Shown here: positions 12,501-24,658 of the stretch, piece after piece
How the letters are laid out: each line of letters opens with the position of its first letter
Numbering within the stretch: position 1 is the first letter of the stretch
NCBI GenBank assembly: GCA_030704615.1
Contig: CM060734.1
Span: forward strand, 55,676,001-55,740,000
Direction of reading: 5' to 3'
Length of the DNA: 64,000 nt
DNA from: Takakia lepidozioides
Taxonomy: Eukaryota > Plantae > Bryophyta
Program-made: the position numbers and the translations under genes
Notes under the pieces: generated by a model
Seen by the model: only the letters and a program-made list of their open reading frames with translations
Database searches by the model: none
What the model was told of the DNA's origin: nothing

Positions 12501-12831
12501 CACTTTGTATGTGTGGCAGGTATCTAGTGACTATGAAGAATGCAGAACTGGACAGCAGAGGGCTTCTCTCCATGCTTGTTTCTGAAAGAGGCACTGTTCA
12601 AGCCTTCAAGGTATGATTGGCCTTGTGTGTGTGCTAAGAAGTGACATTGCAGTGCGCACATACATTCACTTTTCTGTGGAGCTATGGGAAATTTGCAACT
12701 CTTGTAATGTGTTTGCCGTGACTCTAATAGTTTTGTGTGCCTGGCAGGACATGCTATCGAAGGAAGTACCGAATGTGCAAGTGCTGGAACCCGAGCCTGG
12801 GGTTCCACTGATGGTCCCCATCAAAAGTTAG
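9564..12831 (+). CDS. Metallo-beta-lactamase-fold (metallo-hydrolase/oxidoreductase) protein, probably plastid-targeted, 8 exons
   Basis: Exons 9564-9805 (Ser-rich transit-like peptide), 10196-10316 (LTYLE), 10761-10886 (GNSWLW...ILVDPVLVGNLDFGIPWLY), 11054-11215 (LITQSYDDHCH), 11539-11642 (GPVLGPPWQRPENG), 11904-12095 (LYYEPH...DVVITP), 12520-12610 and 12748-12831. All GT-AG and phase-consistent. Confidence 0.88.
10420..10522 (+). mobile_element. Short (CATTT)n-tailed retroelement fragment (SINE or LINE 3' end) in intron 2 of the MBL gene
   Basis: Ends GGACGTTATAAAGCACCATTTCATTTC, matching the reverse-strand copies at ~49.7 kb and 57.0-57.5 kb. Confidence 0.6.
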
Positions 12832-15800
12832 GTCAGAAAAGGAAGTTAAAGAGACTATGAAGAGAATGTATGTAACTAATAAGTCAGTACGATTTGGAAG
12901 GAAAAGGAAATCCAGTGAAGGAGAGTATTGTATGAGCCTGGGTCCATTCCTGTCTGTGTTTCCCCAACAATATACACTATATACATGGACAAGCATCGGA
13001 TATTAGGCTCCCAGATGAGTCTATTCCTAAGCCTCATTATACTAACTGACAGTCACTGAAGATATGTAAAACCTGTGGGAGGATTGGGAAGGGGGGAAGG
13101 AAGGAGAGGACAACCCATCCAGAACTCTAAACCCAACACATGGGTGCTTATGTGGCACCTGTATACACAAATCTGGGGTCATTTGACCATTGGAACTCGA
13201 GTTTATACGTTGATACTTTTCAGTGGGAAAGTTTTTGGGATTTAGCTTTTTGAAAAACTGCCATCCTCCTTTGACCCAGAGATCTGAGGGCACATTCGTT
13301 TTTTGGTGCGTGTTTAGCCTCATACTCAGAGTGTCGGGTAGCCATGCCATGTCCCCGCAGAAATTCAGCGGAAACTGCAAATTTTAGAGATAGGCTGCTT
13401 TGTAGCTGAATTTGTGGGGGTTGAGATGGAGGTCCTTTCCATGAATCCTGAAATCTAGACTTGTCTCCACAGGAGACCATCCTAAAAAATGACATATTTC
13501 TATCGAAGGGGTCAGGGCCTTTCTTCCTTTGCAAGCAAGGAGCAAGAGAAATTTGAGCTACATCCATGGGCTCATTTCCGAAAAATTGCCCCTAACTAAA
13601 TTGCCACGCAAACGGCCTACATGCATGGCACCCTCTCCCTCCAACCAAAGGCAAACATGGTCGTTTGCATAGGTGTCAGGTGAGTATGCCAAGTGGCTTG
13701 CTTATGATTGGAACACGTTGGCTAGGTCATAATGTAGGGCCTCACTGGGAGGTATAATATGCCAATCCCAGCCCGTTCTATGGCGTAAAGGATTTTGTGG
13801 GCAGATTACGTGGCCTGTGATTGGCTGTAGGCCATTATGAGCTGTTAAAAGTCAGACAGCTGATTATGAGAGAGAAATTGCCGATCATGTACTAGAGTAG
13901 AGGGCAGGCCATGGTCTGCCGATTCGGCCCTCGCGGGATGCCAGAATCGGCATACCATGGCCCCTCCTTTGGCATTACCATACGGGGCTGCATATTCTGT
14001 GCACATATGTATACGTATATGTCTACGTGTACTCATACCCCGACTGGTTTCCGCTATCTTTTCTCTCCAGCTGCTGTCTGCTCTCCGCATTTATAGCTCC
14101 TGGCTGTGCATGTGACCAGTTCATGTCTACTCTGTGCTTTGTTAGTGCGCTGACGATGGCGATGGAAAATCGTGCTGCTTTGGGAGACATTTCTAATGTT
14201 CTAGTGGAGTGGATCAAATTGCGCATAAGGTCGATGTGGTTGCCACTGCTCAGATTGCACCTACAATTTGTGCAACTAGTGAAATCTCTACAGTGAATGT
14301 TGTTGCGGAATGTGCCACCACTGAACATGGACTTGCCTTTTCTGCAACTGATGAAAATTCTACAGTACCTGAAGTTGAGAATTCTATAGCAGATTTTGCA
14401 TTTGGTTCACCTATTGCTATTGGCGAACCTATGAGTCTAGTTCCTAAGTTGCGCCCACGCAAGTTCTTTGCATTTTTGAGAGAGAGAGAGAGAGAGAGAG
14501 AACATGTCAGCTTATACCAACATATGCTAATGGTTAACCACAACTCACTGTCATTCTTTGACACCATGCAAAAAGATTTGACCACGATTTGAAACTGTGG
14601 ACACATTCCTGTGCATGTATTTCATGATCCTACAACTATAGACCTAGAAATAGGATGCGCTAACGGAGGAAAACCCCCTCGAAGTGCGGCACCTGAAAGG
14701 CTGTGTAAGGGGCGGCAGTACCCGTGTTTCCATTTTTTCCCTCCTTTGATATTCAGATATGGCGTGAAGAAGATAGAGCAGTGGCCAGGGATTCTCTATA
14801 CAACCAGGTCTACTCTGATATGACAAGCGCCGGTGCAAGTCTGAAAAGGTCGATTGCAAACACAGGGTTGATTGCAAACAAACATTATACGTGGTTGACA
14901 ATATCACCTATGGCTAGTGCCAGGCTCACACACGGATTGGAAACACAAATTGTACGTGGTTGGGCTTCACCCTTCCCTGCACCTTTGTCCAGCCACCAAC
15001 TTTCAATTCAAAATCTATAAATCCCTGGCTCATATGTTGCGATGAGTATTAAAGTGACAATAGATTCATATCAACATTCCACATTCCACATTTGCAAGAT
15101 GGCCTTCAACTCCATAGTTTTGCCCCTCGATTGACCCGTTGCACATGAGGGCTCTCGCACTAAGATCTCTTAAAACGCTCAGGTCCCAATCCTTACTCAC
15201 GGCCAAACCCACAACACCTGATTACCAACCTTTCGAACTTTTTGAACCTTTTGCACTCTGTGTCACTCGAATACTTCAGGGCTCAAATCCTACTACTTTT
15301 GTACGACTTGTGGGTTTCAAATTATTGTAATGAGTTTGGTGTTAACATCTGTTCTGCATTGGTAGAAATCCGGAACAACATGGCAATATGAACTTCATTT
15401 AGAGTTTATAATGATCCAATATAAATTATGTAATGTCTGTTTGGTCATATCTTTGTCATATGAAACATGTTTGATCTAATTTTTGGGAGGTTCACAAAAA
15501 TACCACCTCATTTTTGGACTCCTGCCAAAAATATATGGACGATTCTAAATTATATTTCACATACCTGATGTGATTTGTGTATTAGAGCTTGAACACTACA
15601 TGTACATGTGAATACTAAGTATTACTAGAAAAAAACATGACGAGATTTCCTTAGGTTGGTTCCACAAACGGTAAAAAAAGATGATACTCTTGCTAATGAA
15701 AAATATCAAATGGAGATGAATTATTACACCAGCCTCAGTTTCATACCCCTACAATACAAAAACGCAGAGATAAAAGTGCCATTTTTTGTTGTCAATATCT

Positions 15801-16875
15801 ATTGTGTGTCATTGGCCCCATTTTTTGGGTGAATATAATATGCAAATTCAATTCAGTTTAAGCCAAGTGACTTTGAATCTTGTTTTCATACTTATGTATT
15901 TCTGATACTTGCGCAAGGTTTAATTTCATTCAGTCTACCAGACTCTAAGGTGGTTTGGACAAACAGCTTCCCTTACTGCTGGCAGCAGTCTTAGTGCAAA
16001 GAAGTCTCTCTTGGATGCAAATGACTCGGAGGTCAACTGGAGACACAAACGTAGCTCGCGGAAAAGCAAATCAAAAACACAGTTATCCTTCGATGCACCG
16101 AAGCGGAAAAGGGGTAACATGTAGTTGATTTAAGTTGGTTTTTGTGGACGGTTTAAAGCTTCTCTAGTGGCTCTTCCCTTTCAGCTTCATCCTTCTTCAA
16201 GCATGATCTGCCTCCCCGCAGTGACCTGACCTCCTTATCTTAGCTTGTTATATAGCTTCCCCTCTTACTGCCTCTGTTGCAGCATGTAGTGCAGTTGGCA
16301 GCTGGTTTTATCTTCCCCTTCTTAGTGGTAGTTGGCAATCCTTGCCAATCCTTGCCGGGTCTCTTCCCCCTCTTCCATGTTGAATGGTCACAAAGTGGAA
16401 CCTCTTTACTCCACCTCATGGTTCTTTGTAAGGTTATTTTTTCCTTACGTTAATAAAGTTCTCCACGGATACAATCCCCCTGTTATCTAAATTTTTCAAA
16501 AAAAAAAAAACACAATTTTATGACGTGTAGAAGAAAAGTTGTATTAAATATTGATTGAACAATAGTTCATTTGGGACTTAATATTCCGTTTGATTGTAGA
16601 GAGTTGCGAGTCATGTTGCAGGCAAAATCGTTTGACAAGCTTTAACTCATGGTTTGGATCATGAACATCGGCAATAGAATGTTTACATTTGAGGATTTGA
16701 GATTATGATATTCAATCAAACACATACACACATCCATTTTTGGGAAACCTAGATGTCATAATCACCCAAGGTTTTTGCATTAAGCATCACATGGAAGAGG
16801 TTCTTCAGGTTTTTAAGGAAAATCAATGAAAAACCAGCTTTTAACATATTCAAACATTGAATTATTTGTTCATAC

Positions 16876-17830
16876 CACTCTTGGGCGGGTATATATATAT
16901 GACACCAACCGAAGCTAGCGTAATAAGAGTATCATTTTGTTTTTAGAAAAAAAACATCTTTCCCTTGCGGGTACTGCCCCCTTTCATGGTATATTACATA
17001 TCCGGGTATACCTTGGTATGTCACGGCCCGGGTATATAATATACCCTGGCCCACCAATTGCATGATACCCTAAACCGGGCCCTATTGGCCGGGTATTTAA
17101 TTGCGTCCTACCCCAACTGGACCCTATCATGTATCCAAGCCTCTAAGGATACTTGGACCCTACCTGGTTTCTATATGCCTCACAAGGTCCGGGTTTACGC
17201 CCACATGAGCCCACCGCGTCTTTTTCTATTGGACCATAGACACAAATATGCTAAGAAAATAGATTACTTGCTCCTTTTTCCTATTGGACCACATGTGGTA
17301 ATTGCCATTTCTCTCTTCGATTTTTGCAGGGCTTGTCCTCAGTCAGGGGTGTGTAATCTACCTTATGTCTTCTCAGGGGTTTTACTTTTTTCCCTCTTCA
17401 ATGTACCAATGATATACTTAATTTTATTTCTTGAAAAAGAGAGCGGAGTCCGATAGTCAAATTAAGAGGAGAAACAAGGAAATACTAACCCTGAAGAAAC
17501 CCCTGAAGCATATGAGGGGATACCTTTCCTAAACATTTTCTTTTTAGAGTGTTGAAAACATGAATTAGCTGCGCCATTTTCTATTGGATTGTTTTAAAGT
17601 TTTTTTTCCATTATTATTGTGTTGTACCATTGTTTGTTTAATAGGCCCGACCTTAATATACCCTGGCCCCTGAGGGTATGTTATATAAATATCCGGACAT
17701 ATCGGGATATGACCCAGATATCCATAACCTGACCTGACCCGGATTGTATGTGCACACAAATTTGAAACCCAACCCGGAGGGTCCATCTTCTTTTAGTGAA
17801 AAGGGGTAACCTTATACCCGCCCAACATTG
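16876..17830. mobile_element. Non-autonomous hAT-type DNA transposon (955 bp)
   Basis: TIRs CACTCTTGGGCGGGTATA / TATACCCGCCCAACATTG; perfect 8-bp TSD GTTCATAC at 16868-16875 and 17831-17838; subterminal regions rich in CCCG/CCGG/ACCC motifs. Confidence 0.9.
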
Positions 17831-18224
17831 GTTCATACTACGATGTACTCTAATGTAACGGTTCTTGCAGGCTATGGAACACTTGTATTATTTGACCAAA
17901 TGGATGAGAGAAGCCGGATCAACAATCTCTTTGTGCCCCCATCATTGACCCTATTCTTGAAGGCATTTTTCAAATCAGAGCATTGGAATTATTCAGTATA
18001 CATCACAAGAAAGGACGATTCGGGTCACTATGACATAGGAGACGCACTGGGATATGTAGATACATAGGAATAATAATAATATTTGACGCCTACAGAAGGA
18101 AACATAAATTATGGTAACTCTTCACCTCACCCCGAAAGGCTTCTGCCTTCCGTTATGAAGGTGGACACCTTTGTGACACCAATCGGTGGATTGGACCCAC
18201 AACCACTTCCGAGGAAATATGTGC

Positions 18225-18415
18225 CCACTGGGCTACAACTTGGTTGTCGATACATAGAAGATCTTGCACTTGGGCTTAGATGACAGTTGGCTTGCCAATG
18301 CTACATTGTATCCTAGAGTTGCACTTGGGCTTCCACATAGGAGACACACTTGGATACATAGGAGATTGCACTTGGGCTTAGATGACACTTGGGCCAATGG
18401 CGCAAGCTACCCTAG
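18225..18415 (+). mobile_element. 3' end of the non-autonomous Helitron family (hairpin plus CTAG|T)
   Basis: Homologous to 29640-30150 and 38314-38470; ends GGGCCAATGGCGCAAGCTACCCTAG followed by T. Confidence 0.75.
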
Positions 18416-21203
18416 TACAACATTATTATCTTACGGGCTTCCTCCCCTTTCATATAATCCATATATATATATATATATATATAGAATTATGAGGCAGATG
18501 AGAGAGAGAGAGAGAACAAGCCCGTAAGTAAGAGCCACTTCACCATGCCCGTGTCCCTTTTCAGGGGTGGGCCCTATGAAGAAGATGATACTAGAACAAA
18601 TGATGTGCAAATGTCAACTTGGTATAATATTATTGTTGACTCACAATTCTTGAAACTGCTGCACACAAAGTTTTATTCTCTATAAAAAATAAAGGAGATG
18701 AGGTGACACATGGGGAAAGGCACAACAGGGGCTTACCTAGCGATTTTTGACGTTGATTCCTCTTTATTCTAAAGAGGAGCCAATAAATGGAAATGATATC
18801 AAAAATTCTAATACAACCCTCTTTCCTCAGTAAATGAACCCCATGTCAATCTGAAAATAGGGCCCATCAAAATGTCAGCAAGGCTCAAAAAAATTTGTTT
18901 TGTAAATTTTAAGTATAAGCCTCAACTCTCAAGAGCCAAAAAAAAAAAAAAAAAAAAAGGAGCCAAAACAAATATCCAGTCACCTAAGTTGTGTAAAGCG
19001 CCGATCAGGTGATTCTGGGTTCAAATCCTGCTACCTTTGTCAGGAGTGGTATACTCTTTTCACCCTTCCCTTGGGCGGTGTCCCTTGAGCCTTGTGTGCC
19101 TCATGGCGAGGTTGCTTTGAAAGAGATTATTTCTCCTCTCACTATAATTTAAGGGGTCTGATTTGTGAACGCCCCTGGCCGCGCAGGCTCTGGGTGATTC
19201 CCTTTTCTTTTCTTTTTGGGGGATGAAGCCCTTTGGAGTTTTATTGAATGCCATTGAAGGGAAAAAAATTGAACCCTTGGGTGCCCCAAGGCTTGTGATG
19301 CTGCTGATTCCACCTTACCTGGACATTCCGTGATATGAATATGGATGGATGACCATTAGGATGAAGACACAACAGTTGAGCTCACGACACCTGTGTTGAT
19401 TATATTTGTCCTTACTTAAACAGCTAGCTTATCCTCATCTTGTTATGGTGAGGCACTTGGATAAGAATTTGTGGAGCCAATCAGAAAAGGCCAGTGTGCT
19501 TAGGGTTGAAAGATTATATAAACATGGGCTAGTGTACATTAGTGCTAATTTGGGTGTGCAGCAGATGAATGAAGTATGTTGATTGTGGATGAGTGAGAAT
19601 CTTGCAAGCAGGATCCAAAGTCCTCTGCAGAAGATCCCACCTGCCTCTCTCGCTAGTTTTTACCGAACTGCATTCCCTTTTTAAACTCTACACCGTAGAG
19701 GAAGTAGAATAACTCCTCCAACGAGAATCTGGCTTGTACATAATATTACAAGTGTTTTCTAGAATCTTTAAAAATTCTTGAAGTTAGTTAGTTAACATCC
19801 GTGGTTGTGCTCGAAATAATAATGCTTCCTGTCGGCCAAATTCCGAACGGGATGTTCCCCAAGTGCGCCGTCAAGGCAAAACAACTCGCGTGCAGGTTTT
19901 TTGATGCCATCTTGAAAACCGCAGGGGAACGCGGGATGCTTCCCCAGATTCGTTCCCACAGCGACCGCGCGGCCGGCCGGGCTCACAGTTTGACCGCCGG
20001 CCAGCGCGGCACGATTTCACCGCGAAACGATATTCGCGGCGCGCAGCCCACACGGCGGGCAGCGCGGGCAGCCATCCAACCGACCGCGCTGATGTGCCGC
20101 AGTTGGCCTGCGCAGTCCCAACGCGCCGCTTTTGCGGCCCCAGGCACGCCCCGCCACCTGGGGTAGCAAGTACCAGTCCGTACGTACCTTTAGCCTCGTC
20201 CGGTCATGGTCCGGCCACGTGGCTTAGAATCTGTACTTACAACCGTACCGGAGTACCCTTTACGACAAGGACTGGCCGTACGCTGCGGATCTATTGGGAA
20301 AACTATTTGTAGCTTTTCACGGAAGCCACGACGGACAACGTACGAAAAGGAGGGCTGCGGATATTTGGTTTTTTTACCAACTCTAATAAGTTACTTAAGT
20401 AAGCAGGCCTCGAAGCCGAGCCGATAGCCATGGTCAATGTCATGGTGGATTGGAAGTTGGAAATTGGAGGTAGGTGGATAGTACGCATGCGGAGACGCCC
20501 TGCAATTTGAGACAGGATACTTTGTCCGACCTTTCTCCCTCTCCAAATAGAACAAATGGATTGCGGAAGCCCAACCATTGGTGCAAAGTCGTTGTTATAT
20601 GGTGCCGTGCACGAGAGAGCAATAGTTGTAAGATTTGAGACATGGATGTGGTAGCTACCAACCAACTCGCAGTAGTTGTGATGGGTTCTATGTTGTAGGG
20701 ACTTATTATAATGACAATTTGATCAACCCAAAGAGAGAACGTGTATTAAGTTGTGCAGCAGAAGAATCCCACCTGCATAATTTGCTACCTACTCCCCAGT
20801 TCTCTTGGCACAACAACTGATGATGCAATGTGTACGTCATTTCATGTAAGATAAGAAATGTTATTTAAAGAGAGAAGGTTGTGTGGAGCTTTGTTAATTT
20901 AGATTGCCTCACCAAAATAGGAGTAGACTGTTTGTTAACTGTAGTAGTCTGATCATGAACTGCAATAGGTGCAGAATATTTATAGTCAGGCCTTGAGACA
21001 TGCATAGTGCGCTAGTTTCGCAAGTTGGGCAGCTACCGTTGACTATATGGATTGTAAAGTGTAATGAAGAAATATGCTGTTTCTATTAAGGTCAATGGAA
21101 GTGCTGTCGGACATCGTCCGGGGGAGACCTGTCGCAAAGAGGCTAGTAGTAAAGGATGGCCCACTGTGATAGCGACAGGAATAGCAGGGGAAGAAACGCA
21201 CAA

Positions 21204-21211
21204 TATAAATA
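21204..21211 (+). promoter_or_regulatory. Candidate TATA box of the bestrophin gene
   Basis: TATAAATA about 90 nt upstream of ATG 21297 and about 215 nt upstream of ATG 21421. Confidence 0.45.
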
Positions 21212-21420
21212 GGCACGGAGGCAGGGTGTGAGAAGAAGGATCGGCCATCACCTTCTGGGGAAGTTTCGAAGAAGTCTGGGAGTTGGGGCTGGGGCTATGC
21301 ACTGGCGGGAGGAGTCTGAGAGCATGAGGACTGCGCTGTATATGTCTGTCTGTGAGTTTTGAAGAGAAGAGATTGATCAAGGAGGTTTGGAGGGTGCTTG
21401 GGTTCTGCAATTGGGGGGCT

Positions 21421-22986
21421 ATGCACCGGCGCACAGTGTTCGATCATGATGACTGGGAAAGGCACAAAAGTAATACAAGGCATTTTCGCCATCTCTTCAC
21501 CATTGTGTCGACCAAATTTCTTCTTGCCTTCAAGTCGCCTGTGTTGCCTGTGTTAGCAGTGACATTTATATCTGCAATCATATCGGCGTTCAATCACATT
21601 GTGTTGAGGGAGGATATATTTCCTGAGTGGGTTTCTGTGTTGCAAGTGTCGTCTCTTCCATTTACGTTGACAGCACCTGTGCTAGCATTATTGCTAGTCT
21701 TTCGGACAAACGGCTCGTATGGGAGGTTCGATGAGGCGAGGAAGGCATGGGGGTCGAATGTGAACAGAACCAGAGACATTGTCAGACAAGCATTGTCATG
21801 GATTCGAAGCCCGGAGGACAGTTACAAGCTCCAGTCCCTCATACGGCATGTGAAAGCATATGCTTATTGCTTGAAGGACCATTTGCTCACTGAGGAGCAA
21901 TTGAAGGATGATCTGACAGATTTGCTGGAGGAACCCGAGATGGAATCCTTGATGGGGTCGGAACATAGACCCAACTACGTACTGCAGGTGATCTCAGAGA
22001 TCATCCATCAGACGCAAATGGATCAGCTGGAGAAAACAACCATTGACCAAAACCTTACTCAGTTGCATGACAATGTGGGTGCATGTGAGCGCATATTCAG
22101 AACACCTATTCCGTTGCCGTACACGCGCTTGACTTCGCGATTCTTGGTTATATGGCATGTTACACTTCCTCTTGCTATGTGGGAGCAATGTGGGTGGGTT
22201 GTGGTCCCAGTCACCTTCCTTAGTGCAGCTGCTTTATTTTGTATCGAGGAGGTTGGAGTCCTTATCGAGGAGCCATTTTGGATACTGCCCCTCACCGCGA
22301 TTTGCTCTACTATAAGAAAAAACTTGGAAGGCTTGGTGCTGGCTCAGAAGGAAGCTACACAGCTGCGGAGCGTATATCAAGCGCCCCAAACCATGAATGG
22401 TATGGGACACTCGGCCAGAAGTGTTCAAGGCATAGAACTTTCAAGAAGTTCAATCGAGCACACCACACACCACCACCACCAGATGCAACGGTCAAGAAGT
22501 TGGGTAGAGCAGGCCCATAACAAAACAGAACTCTCAAGAAGTTGGCTTGACAACGCTCATATCCAGTTGGCTGTCACGGAGCCCTCCTCGGAGCCGGTAT
22601 CAGCACCGTTCACAGCTATTGGACATCCCAGAAGTGTTCAAAGTGCAGAACTCTCCAGACATTCAGTCGAGTACAGCACACAGGGACATCCCAGAAATGT
22701 TCAAAGTGCAGAACTCTCCAGACGTTCAGTCGAGTACAGCACACGGGGACATCCCAGAAGTGTTCAAAGTGCAGAACTCTCCAGACGTTCAGTCGAGTAC
22801 AGCACACATATACAGCGATCAAGAAGTTGGGAAGAACATCGTGCAACTCATACCCTCGACTTGCCAAGACGTTCGCACGACATCGCCCATAACAAAATAG
22901 AATGCTCCAGAACTTGGGTAGAAAATGCTCATATCCACCTGTCTGTCACAGAGCCGGTGTACCAGACTGCACCATTCATGTACTAA
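21421..22986 (+). CDS. Bestrophin-like (UPF0187/VCCN-type) anion channel with a long repetitive C-terminal extension
   Basis: Uninterrupted ORF with LALLLVFRTNGSYGRFDEARKAWG, HRPNY, GACERIFRTPIPLPYTRLTSRFL and IEEVGVLIEEPF. There is an in-frame stop at 21325. The start is either ATG 21421 or a small upstream exon 21297-21351 spliced (GTGAGT...CACAG) to 21437, which is also in frame. Confidence 0.92.
   Translation: MHRRTVFDHDDWERHKSNTRHFRHLFTIVSTKFLLAFKSPVLPVLAVTFISAIISAFNHIVLREDIFPEWVSVLQVSSLPFTLTAPVLALLLVFRTNGSYGRFDEARKAWGSNVNRTRDIVRQALSWIRSPEDSYKLQSLIRHVKAYAYCLKDHLLTEEQLKDDLTDLLEEPEMESLMGSEHRPNYVLQVISEIIHQTQMDQLEKTTIDQNLTQLHDNVGACERIFRTPIPLPYTRLTSRFLVIWHVTLPLAMWEQCGWVVVPVTFLSAAALFCIEEVGVLIEEPFWILPLTAICSTIRKNLEGLVLAQKEATQLRSVYQAPQTMNGMGHSARSVQGIELSRSSIEHTTHHHHQMQRSRSWVEQAHNKTELSRSWLDNAHIQLAVTEPSSEPVSAPFTAIGHPRSVQSAELSRHSVEYSTQGHPRNVQSAELSRRSVEYSTRGHPRSVQSAELSRRSVEYSTHIQRSRSWEEHRATHTLDLPRRSHDIAHNKIECSRTWVENAHIHLSVTEPVYQTAPFMY
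22621..22809 (+). repeat. Coding tandem repeat, 3 x 63 bp (21 aa)
   Basis: Near-identical units at 22621, 22684 and 22747 encoding GHPR[S/N]VQSAELSR[H/R]SVEYST[Q/R/H]. Confidence 0.95.
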
Positions 22987-24658
22987 AATAGGGAGGAGGG
23001 AGGGTGTACACTCTTGTCTAGGATAGTTGTGAAGCCAATTGTACATTCTATTGCCTCGCCACTCACCACAGACGACAGGTAAGAATCGATCAGGTTCGGA
23101 GATCTGGCACAGTGACAAAATTGCCTCCCTACATGCGTTATATGTAGTCACAGGATACATACATGTGTGAAATTTCATTGTTTTGGGGAAAAGAAGTACT
23201 TTCAGATGGAGCGACCCCTCTGCTTTGGCTATAAATGCAGTTGTTCCACACAATGCTTGACACTAGGCACCTAGTGTCATCTCATCTCATCCAAGTTCTT
23301 GCCAATAAATACTATCTTGCTGACCGTGCGCGTCTCATCTATTCCCCAAGCACTGTGTGAAGAGCCCTTGAACAATGCATGCACACCCTACATTGACAAC
23401 CCAGGCTCTTAAATATCTCAGCAGAGTGGCTGGAATGAACTTGCTCCTTCTCACAAGTTTCAGAAAGTTGCGTTAGCAGCATTGACAGCGTTCATGTGTC
23501 TGAAGTTCAACTAGCATTCAGATTTAACTTTCCATACTGGCATGCAGTTGTTTCTATTCGCCATCAGATGCAAATCCACAAGCTCCCTCTCTCCCGTCCA
23601 CTTTGTCAATGCATGTGCTTTGAGTATTTGACTAGTTTTCTTGCTGTACAATTACCTTGTACCATTCACAGGTTGTATTTAGAATGCATTTGGTGGCTTC
23701 ACAGAAAGGGTTTGTATGTTGGGATCACAATTTATAACGTCGCAGGTGATGGATTTTGATGTGGGACAAAACCCTTTCTTGCATGAGATGGAAGAAGGGT
23801 TTGTGAGGCTTGACCATTTGTGAGATGCCAGGGTAAGCAGCTTTCACAATCACTGCTTCCATTTACTTAAAGAGGTTCCGCACCTCCAATCACTTTTCCT
23901 TGTGCAAACCCTGTGGTTGTTTGTTGTTGTAACAGTATGGCTGATTATGTGGTGACAGGAGGGCAGCTCAGCATACCACTTGTTGTCCCAGAAAGTGGAA
24001 GCTCTGGTCATGGCACAACTGCTTGTGTGTCAAAGGCTGTCACTGGGAACTAAGGTGTGCCAATGCCTATGGATGCCGATCTCATAGAGACCATTACCTC
24101 ATCCAAGAAGAGCAATCATGGCTACGGCTTGGAGGAGACATACAGTTGCACTGTCTTGCCAAATAGTGCAGACATTGCAAGGTAGCACTGTCACTGTGTC
24201 TCGGGTTACTTATATATCAGATGGAAGAGTTCCAAATTGCACTTTTGTACCAGCTTTGCTACAATCCTAGCAAAGAGATATATGATATGAGGATGCAGTG
24301 AAGAAAAACAATTCCAAGACAATGTGGAACTCAGACTGAGCGAAGTTATAATGTTCCAATCGCTGTCAGGATAAGCAGAACATAAAGGTTTCACCATGTA
24401 GTCTTCCAGAATATCCGGAGTTGAAATAACTTCTTGCCAAGAAGAAATCTGGCTTATTTGAATAGCAGAGGCTAAATAATGTTGATGTAAATAAATTGTT
24501 GCTGCCACTGCCACAGATAAACAGTAGATGGGCCAGTTGGAAACCTGACCCTTGTCCACTTGACAATGAGACATCTTTCCACGGACTGGCAACTAATACA
24601 AGTGCACAGAAGGACACTTCCAAGTACACGGAAAGGAGGCTCTTCTAGTTATCCTTTG

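Noticed and set aside
13190-15900. Possible large DNA transposon
   Set aside because: It has TE-like texture, but I could not find matching TIRs, a TSD or a recognisable transposase.
15935-16511. Possible L1 3' tail with AATAAA and poly(A); similar tails near 37540-37690 and 39910-40030
   Set aside because: No TSD or convincing protein motif; too weak to annotate.
18975-19040. B-box-like GGTTCAAATCC suggesting a tRNA or SINE
   Set aside because: No clear A-box or cloverleaf could be built.
19790-20350. GC-rich ORFs upstream of the bestrophin
   Set aside because: No recognisable domains or splice pattern; overlapping ORFs are expected at high GC content.
23070-24200. Possible spliced 3' UTR or antisense exons between bestrophin and FMP32
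   Set aside because: Only isolated splice-like motifs and no coding signal; cannot be supported without transcripts.
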